NCBI RefSeq assembly: GCF_009914755.1
Contig: NC_060934.1
Origin: the human T2T-CHM13v2.0 reference genome, Homo sapiens
Direction: 5' to 3' (one strand)
DNA: 64,000 bases
The position numbers and the translations under genes are program-made. Positions 55,831 through 64,000 of this stretch are shown in pieces. The notes beneath the pieces are model-generated. The model did not search any database. It worked only from the letters and a program-made list of their open reading frames with translations, and was not told the origin of the DNA. Within the stretch, counting starts at the first letter, position 1. Every line of letters starts with the position of its first letter.

Positions 55831-56204
55831 GTGACAGTGACTTTGTCCAAGGTGCTACATAGTCAGCTCCACCACAATGTTCAAGAACCTTCTTACTGCA
55901 GTCAAAGTTGGCTCTTAGCTGCACTTATACTTACATGTTTTAAAAAAAATTGTGAAGACATCATTCACTATTGAGAATATATGTCCTTCAATTATCCTTC
56001 CTGTAGTGACTTATGAAAACATAAAAAGTATATTTCATTTTTGAGACAGATTTCAGCAAATGTCATAACTGAGTCATGTTGGAAATATGTGTACTTCCAT
56101 CCAACTACATGATGAAACTCCCAGACTATATTATGTATTCTAGTATTTATTTCTTCAGATATTCAGCAACTGCTTTCCACATATCTTCATAGTATTTTAT
56201 TTCA

Positions 56205-56808
<604 letters not shown>

Positions 56809-57289
56809 CTTCAATAGTATTTTGCAATGAAATGCTGTATTTAAATTCTTCCCCATATTTGTTTCATGTGTTATTTTGGCCAGTTTTACCATGTGATGTG
56901 ACCTTTAAGCTTCTAAACATTTATTATCAATAGTTTAGTAAAAATGTTTAGGGGCTGAAAGATTGCATGACTTTCAACATCAGTGAAAGGATGTTGAGAT
57001 TTGTCTTTATATTTTCATTGTTAATTGTTTAACTGTCTTGCCTATGGCGATACTCTCATTAGCTTATACCTCAAGGTACAATATGCACTTAGGGTAAGGC
57101 CATCATGAATGAAATGACTGTATACCTATGATTCACATAATCTTCTCAAATGTTAATATATTTCTGGCTGACTCCTTTTCAAATCTGATTATACTGTTGT
57201 TTTCTCATCTAACAAGAATGATGATGAGTTCACAATGGAATCTGAAAAAGAATCCACTCAGCCATTTTCTTGTTCTCTTTTCGTGCTCT

Positions 57290-57745
57290 GCAGTTTTTTA
57301 TTTTTATATATTTAGGCAATACAAGTGCAGATTTCTTTTTCTTTTTTTCGAGACAGAGTCTCACTCTGTCACTCAGGTTGGAGTGCAGTGGCGCAATCTC
57401 AGCTCACTGAAACCTCTTCCTCCCAGGTTAAGTGATTCTCCTGCCTCAGACTCCCGAGTAGCTGGTATTACAGGTGTGTGCCACCACACCTGGCTGATTT
57501 TTGTATTTTTAGTATAGACAGGGTTTCACTATGTTGACCAGGCTAGTCGGGAACTCCTGACCTCAAGTGATCCACCTGCCTCAACCTCCCAAAATGAAAA
57601 TGTAGATTTCTTCCATGCATATATTGCGTAGTGGTGGAGTCTGGGCTTTTAGTGAACCCATCACCTGAATAGTGAACATTGTACCCAATAGGTAATTTTT
57701 CAACCCTCACCCCACTCCCAACCTCTCACGTTTTGCAGCCTACAG
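57290..57745 (-). mobile_element. L1PB-like 3' fragment interrupted by a 5'-truncated AluS (57336-57594)
   Basis: gtggtggagtctgggcttttagtgaacccatcacctgaatagtgaacattgtaccc; Alu TSD TG(C/T)AGATTTCTT. Confidence 0.85.
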
Positions 57746-58360
57746 TCTGCATTTTCTTAGCTAGAAATTAAGCCACCTGTCTATTTTGTGAAGGTTATTA
57801 GTTAATATAATCTCTTTAACCAAACACTTAGAAGCTGCAGTAAATTGCAATATGCAGAACAAACAGAAATGTGCAGGTGCCACTGTCAACCCTCTGCCCC
57901 CTGCAGGACCACACAGGCACCACATGTGCAGGCCGACCAGAACGGAGGCCGGGTATTAGAAAGTAATAAAGCTTCATTTCTGCCTTGTTTTTAGATAAAA
58001 ATAAAGATGAAAGGAAGTTGTAATATTTCCTTCCCTCACCCAGTGGATTGTCTGGCATGTGCCTCACTTTGAGGGTCACAAGGCAATCCTTTAGAGTCAT
58101 TTAAAATTGTGTTATGGAAGACTATAAGCACATGGGAAAACATTTACAATATATTAAACGGAAAAAGTCAGGTTCGAAACCAGGATATATAGGAAATGCT
58201 ATTTTATCTAAAAAGTGTAGGGTGCGCACACATGTACATGCACGTGACATTTATTCATATAAATGACAGGAGGCAAATCAAAATGTTTATCTAACAATAC
58301 TTCATGCCTGTCATCACCTGTGCTAATTTAGCACCCCTTTGGGTTAAGTGGGTGTGGGGT

Positions 58361-58755
58361 TGCTAAGGTTGTAATGTTTGTCCCCTCCAAACTTCATGTT
58401 GAAATGCAATCCCCAATGGTGGAGGTGGGGACTGGTGGAAAGTGTTGGGGCCATCGGGGTGGATCCTCAAATAGATGAGTGCACTCCCCTTGGGGGTGAG
58501 TGAGTTCTCACCGTAGTTCCTGGGGAGTGGATTGTTAAAAGAGCCTGGCCTCCCTGGTTTCTCCCACTATGCAATCTCTGCATGCAACAGCTCCCCTTCA
58601 CTTTCTGCCGTGAGTGGAGCAGCCTGAGGCCCTCGTCAGATGCCCAGTCTTGAACTTTTCCAGATATCTACACTGTGAGCCAATTATGCCTTTTTCCTTC
58701 ATAACTTACACAGTCTCTGGGATTCCTTTATAACAACATGAAATGGACTAAGTCA
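58361..58755 (+). mobile_element. MST-family solo LTR
   Basis: aatgtttgtcccctccaaacttcatgttgaaat...aaatggactaagtca. Confidence 0.85.
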
Positions 58756-59189
58756 GGGTACACACTTCATCCCGGAAGAGCGAGAGAACACATCTGGCCC
58801 TCGGCGTGAATGCGCCAGCAGAGATGACTGTGTCCAGATAGGGGAGCAATGAACAAGAGGCTGAGTCAGGCCTCAGCTCCCTGAGAGCAGTCCAGGTGGG
58901 CTGTAGGCTGTCTGGAAACTGGCTGGGCACCAGAAGCCAGGGAGGGGATAAGAAAGTCCAAGCCAGAAGGCACATTTCCCAGCCTCCAACTTTGTCCCAG
59001 AGCAGACTTTCTGACAGCCTGGGCTTAAGCAATGACCTCCAAGAGAACCTCACAAGACTTTGTGTCCTGTCCTCCTCACATACCAGAGGGTGGGGTTTGG
59101 GTTCTCATGTCAGGCGGGGAGAATCACATGCTAAATAGAAATAGACTCATCTAGCATCTGGGCAACGTGAAGCCATTGGCCGGAGGCCA

Positions 59190-59360
<171 letters not shown>

Positions 59361-59763
59361 TCAGCCTGCAGGTCCTGAGCCCCTCCACTCCATACCTCCA
59401 TTGAATGTAGAGCTTTCTTTGGTTTCTTGCCAATGCTGTTTAGTGCACGTGGCCTCTCTCTTCTATGTCAACAAGTCTTACGAGGCCTGACAGGAGCCTA
59501 GGGTCTATCCCTGAGGTGGCCAGGACAGACTGCCTGACCTTGACTATGGCCATTCAGAATCCCATGTTCCTCTCCTCCTCCTGCCTCCCAGATTGAGACA
59601 CATCAGTGCCAAGGGAGAGCAGGAGGAGACCCTAGAAGAGTTAGGGAACCAACTAGGATCCCTGAGCTGTCTGTCATCCACCACACCCTGGGGTTCCCTT
59701 CCCATTAGACACACATCTCATAGGTAAGGTTTTTACTGGCCCTACTGCTAAGACCAGCACTGA

Positions 59764-60226
59764 GTTTGTTTTTGGTTTTTGTTGTTGTTGTTGTTTGTTT
59801 GTTTGTTTTTTGAGACAGAGTCTTGCTCTGTTACCCAGACTGGAGTGCAGTAGCACGACCTTGGTTCACTGCAACCTCCACCTCCCACGTTCAGTCAATT
59901 CTCCTGCCTCAGCCTCCCAAGTAACTGGGATTACAGGCATGGGCCACCACACTCAGCTAATTTTTGTATTTTTAGTAGAGATGGGGTTTCTCCATGTTGG
60001 CCAGGATGGTCTCGGACTCCTGACCTCAGGTGATCCACCTGCCTCAGCCTCCCAAAGTGCTGGGATTATAGGCGTGAGCCACCACATGGCTAATTTTTGT
60101 ATTTTTAGTAGAGACGTGGTTTTGCCTTGTTGGCCAGGCTGATCTCAAACTGCTGACCTCAGGTGATCCACCTGCCTCAGCCTCCCAAGGTGCTGGGATT
60201 ATAGGCATGAGACACCTTGCCCGGCC
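59764..60226 (-). mobile_element. AluS with two left arms (trimeric)
   Basis: Left arm present at ~59955-60085 and again at ~60088-60226. Confidence 0.88.
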
Positions 60227-60292
60227 ATGGGTTCTTTCAGCCTATGTGGCCCCTGAGTGTCTTCTTTTTCTCAGATCAAAGTCTTGGGCCAG

Positions 60293-60597
60293 GCCAGGTG
60301 CAGTGACCCCCAGCTATAATCCCAACACTTTGGGTGACGGCAAGAGGATTTGAGGCCAGGAGTTCGAGACCAGTCTGGGCAACAGAGTTAGGCCTCAACT
60401 CTACAAAAAGTAATTTTTTAAAAAAATTAGCCAGGCATGGTGGCACACGCCTATAGTCCCAGCTACTCAAGAGGCTGAGGTGGGAGGATCACCTGAGCCC
60501 AGGAGTTTGAGACCTCAGTGAGCTCTAATTGCACCACTGCTCTCCCACCTGGGTGACAAAGAGAGCCCTTTTCTCTAATTTTAAACAAAAAAAAAAT
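60293..60597 (+). mobile_element. AluJ
   Basis: Dimer. Confidence 0.92.
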
Positions 60598-60639
60598 ATT
60601 GAGCCAAGGAGATAAGAAAATTACAACATTCTTTATTTC

Positions 60640-60850
60640 AGCTGCCATGTCTTGATTCTCAGATAAGACAATTGCACACATTCTCTCTTTTAATCCTATC
60701 AACAGCCCCTATGGGGTACATTCTTTCCTCTTCATTTTCACAGGTGAGGAAACTGAGTCTCAGTGAGGTTAAATAAGCAACTTGCCTGAGGTCTCACAGC
60801 CAGGAAGTCGGAAAGCAGAGGCCCAGCGAACACAGGTGTGTCTGGCTGCC
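60640..60850 (-). mobile_element. MIR
   Basis: cattttcacaggtgaggaaactgagtctcagtgaggttaa. Confidence 0.85.
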
Positions 60851-61325
60851 AATCCTGTGCGCCTCCCCCTAGGCTGCACTGCTAAAGCTTTGGCCGGTCA
60901 GCAGGCCATTGCAGGGCCATGTCGTGGACTCTTGTCCCAAGGCCCACCCCTTGCGCCCGCCAAGACATGTCTGGCGGTACTCAGCAATTCATGTTGACCT
61001 GGAGCTGGTGACAGCAGAGGCTCAGGGAAGCACCTGGGGGCCCCACCCACCTACTTTTTGTATTGCATCCCACAGCCCAGGGAGGGCCTCAAACCCAAAT
61101 GTCCCCAGACCACGTCTGAGCAAATGAGATCCGATCTTCTCCAAGATTTGGTAGGAGATGAGGTCGATGGCATTGAGATTTGGAAGTAGAGGGGGAGCCA
61201 TGACGGAGGGAAATGGGGAGCCAGGGGCCTGGGGAGAAACATTTCTGAACGCCCAGTTGTGCCCGCTGCACCTGCTTCCTCAATCCCCAGGCTCAGCCCA
61301 CGGTGGTTGTGGGGCCTCAGATGCC

Positions 61326-61449
61326 TGTGAGTATGCATGTTTGAGTGTGCACGTGTGAGTGTGTGTATACTCACGTGAGTGCATATGTGAGTGTGTGAGT
61401 GTGCATGCATGTGTGAATGAGTGTGTGTGTGCGTGCACGTGCATGTATG
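61326..61449. repeat. (TG)/(CA)-rich alternating low-complexity tract
   Basis: Read directly. Confidence 0.9.
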
Positions 61450-63257
61450 TTTTAAAGAAGCACAGATTCTCATCAGTCTGAGCTGGGGATCGCGCATTCG
61501 TTTGAGGCCACAAAGGCCAAACATGTGCTCTGTCCTCCTGCCAGCTCTGGGGCCTCTGGCTAAGGTAGCCTATTTTATGGATGAGAAGAAAAGCCCCAAG
61601 CACATTTAAGAGGCCACCTGGAGAGCTGATTATGATTTTTAAGAGCTAATGCCGCCACCCACGACTCACTGTTTATGAACAGCCTTTGGTCGCCATCACT
61701 ATCATAAACTGTGTGTGAGACCCTGTATATTCGTGGGCCACCCAAAGCACTTGGTGGGCAGAGGACAGTCAGCACTAATCACAGTGCCGGGAGGCAAGAG
61801 GGCCCCTTGGCTGTGCTGGATAAGATGAGAACTGAGACCAAACAAAGGCAGTGAAGGCAGCTGCTCCTGCACGCAGCTGCGCAGCGGCCTATTGAAGGTG
61901 ACAGATCCCGTTAAGTTATGCAGCCAGGCGCGCACAGAGGAGCCAGGCCCCTGTAAATCAACAACAGGCCCACATCTTTGGGAAGGCTTCTCCAAGCCTG
62001 AGGGCCCGAGCAGGCCCACAGTCTGGGTATAAAGGAAGAAAAAGGAGGAAGAAAGGGGTGTGTGGTTATCCTGCAAGACAACACTGACAGCAAAGCTCTG
62101 AGCATCAGCGGTGGGGCAGGAATCTCAGGAATCCCTCATCTCTTCCTCCAGAGCCCCTGGAAAAATCCAGAAGCTCTGAACCCTTAGGGCTGCCTGACTT
62201 GAGCCCAGTGCTGCCCAGCCTGGAGCAGGCAGCCCCAGCCACAGAGCAGATCAGCCCCCACCGTCCCTGCAGCCTGGAGGGAGATGGGTGCGGTAGCTCC
62301 CTGGAGGGCGTTAGACTCGACTGTAAAATAGGGGTGCAGGGCAAGCCCCCTCCAGTCCTTCCAGCTCTGATTCCACAACTGTTCAGTGTCAAGGTGAGAT
62401 TCCTCCCTGAATCCCTCCCTGAATGATAGAAGGAAGACGCCCCCCAGTCCCCACTCTGGAGCAAGGAGAGAGCTCTGCAGGCGTTGAGTGAGACATCGCC
62501 AGTGAGGAGACCGAGTTTCAGAGAAGCCACTGGTGTGTCATGCCTAATGACGAAGCTGAAATCAGAACCCAAGTCACTGGGTGGCCAGCCCAGTGCCCAG
62601 TGCCACAAGGTGACCAGGTCAGGTGTCTGCTTGGTGGCTGCCAAGTTTCTGAAATGCTGCTCTCTGAAACGATGACACAAAAATAGAACCTAACAGGTTC
62701 ATAGCTGAAAACAGGGATTGGTGAAAAAAAAAATCAAGCCTTCAGCTGCAGCTCTTAGTTTTTTCTTTGGCCTCCCTGCTGCCACCCCTATCACCTAGTG
62801 CAGACAAAAGCAGGAATTAATCACTATTATTCACAGAGCTGCCTCAGTGAGGAGGCGAACAGTCTCCCGTAGTACTGACTTCCAACACTATGGAAACAAG
62901 GGGAGGAGAACAGGGGAGAGGAAGGAGCATCCGACTCCACAGCGGGAGATGGGCTCCGAATTTGTGGCTCACACCCTCTCTTCAACAGCACAGAGAATGC
63001 TTCGCCCTGTTTATCTGCCCTGAACCCTTAGGTTCAGGTTGTAATGAGGTGCAAACTCACGAAACTCATCCAAGTGGAGCAAGTCTGCTTCCTTTAGGTA
63101 AAAATCGTTTTAGTATTTAGAAAGGCCATTTCTCTTTTGGCCATAAAGACCTTCTCAAAATTCATGGAAAAGTTGCACAGCAATGTGAAGGTAGTAATGC
63201 CAGTGAACTGTACACTTTAAAAATGGTCAATTTGAGATTATGTATATTTTACTATAA

Positions 63258-63576
63258 TTTTATTTATTTATTTTATTATTTATTAATTATTTTTGAGGCA
63301 GAGTCTCACTCTGTTTCCCAGACTGGAGTGCAGTGGTGCATCCATAGCTCACTGTAGCCTCAAACTCCTGAGCTAAAGCAGTATGCTCACCTCAACCTCC
63401 TGAGTAGCTGGAACTACAGGCGTGTGCCACCACACCCAGATACTTTCTTTAATATTTTTTGTAGAGATGGGGTCTCACTATGTTGCCCAGGCTGCTCTTA
63501 AACTCCTAGACTCAGGTGATTCTCCCACCTCAGACTCCCAAAATGCTGTGATTACAGGCATGGCATACCATGCCTG
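63258..63576 (-). mobile_element. AluJ, inserted in an old L1M 3' tail (~63170-63257)
   Basis: Antisense dimer with a (TTA)n tail. Confidence 0.92.
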
Positions 63577-63900
63577 GTGATACGGTTTGGCTGTGTCCCC
63601 ACCCAAATCTCATCTTGAATTCCCATACGTTGTAGGAGGGACCCAGTGGGAGATAATTGAGTCATGGGGGCGGGCATTTCCCTTGCTGTTCTTGTGATAG
63701 TGAATATGTCTCATGAGATTTGATGGCTTTATAAGGAGGAGTTTCCCTGCACAAGCTCTCTTTTTCCTGCTGCTATCCATGTAAGACATGACTTGCTTCC
63801 ACCATGATTGTGAGGCTTCCCCAGACACGTGGAATTGTAAGTCCATTAAACCTCTTTCCTTTGTAAATTGCCCAGTCTCGGGTATGTCTTTATCAGCAGC
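63577..63900 (+). mobile_element. THE1A/B solo LTR lacking its last ~20 bp
   Basis: tgatacggtttggctgtgtccccacccaaatctcatcttgaattcc...ttatcagcagc. Confidence 0.9.
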
Positions 63901-64000
63901 CACAATTTTTTTAAGTGAAAGAAAAAAAAAAACTAAAGGGAATAAAGAGGAGAGTGTTCAGTTGTTTCCAAAGTTGCCTCTGGAAAGACTGCACAAGCTC

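Overview
This is primate, most likely human, genomic DNA, judged from the AluJ/AluS, L1PA and THE1/MST/MER4/LTR8 elements. I see no intact host protein-coding gene, RNA gene or CRISPR array. Most of the window is interspersed repeat: a dead full-length L1PA (~1104-7224, -) with an apparent 3' transduction, about 27 Alus, a two-LTR THE1 provirus, a near-complete ancient ERV-L provirus with two LTR33-type LTRs (25258-33070), many solo LTRs, and L2/MIR/old L1 relics. The main non-repeat signals are: (i) a decayed minus-strand coding exon at ~33420-33877 that reads like the C-terminus and SOCS box of an ASB-family E3-ligase adaptor, a candidate lost gene; (ii) an orphan CpG-island promoter at ~46.6-47.9 kb with an RFX X-box, CCAAT and GC boxes and a G-quadruplex-prone repeat; and (iii) several fossil DNA-repair scars, namely a 156-bp templated direct copy, a three-piece inverted templated insertion and a mosaic Alu 5' junction. 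Repeat subfamily names come from my recall of consensus sequences, not from a RepeatMasker run.
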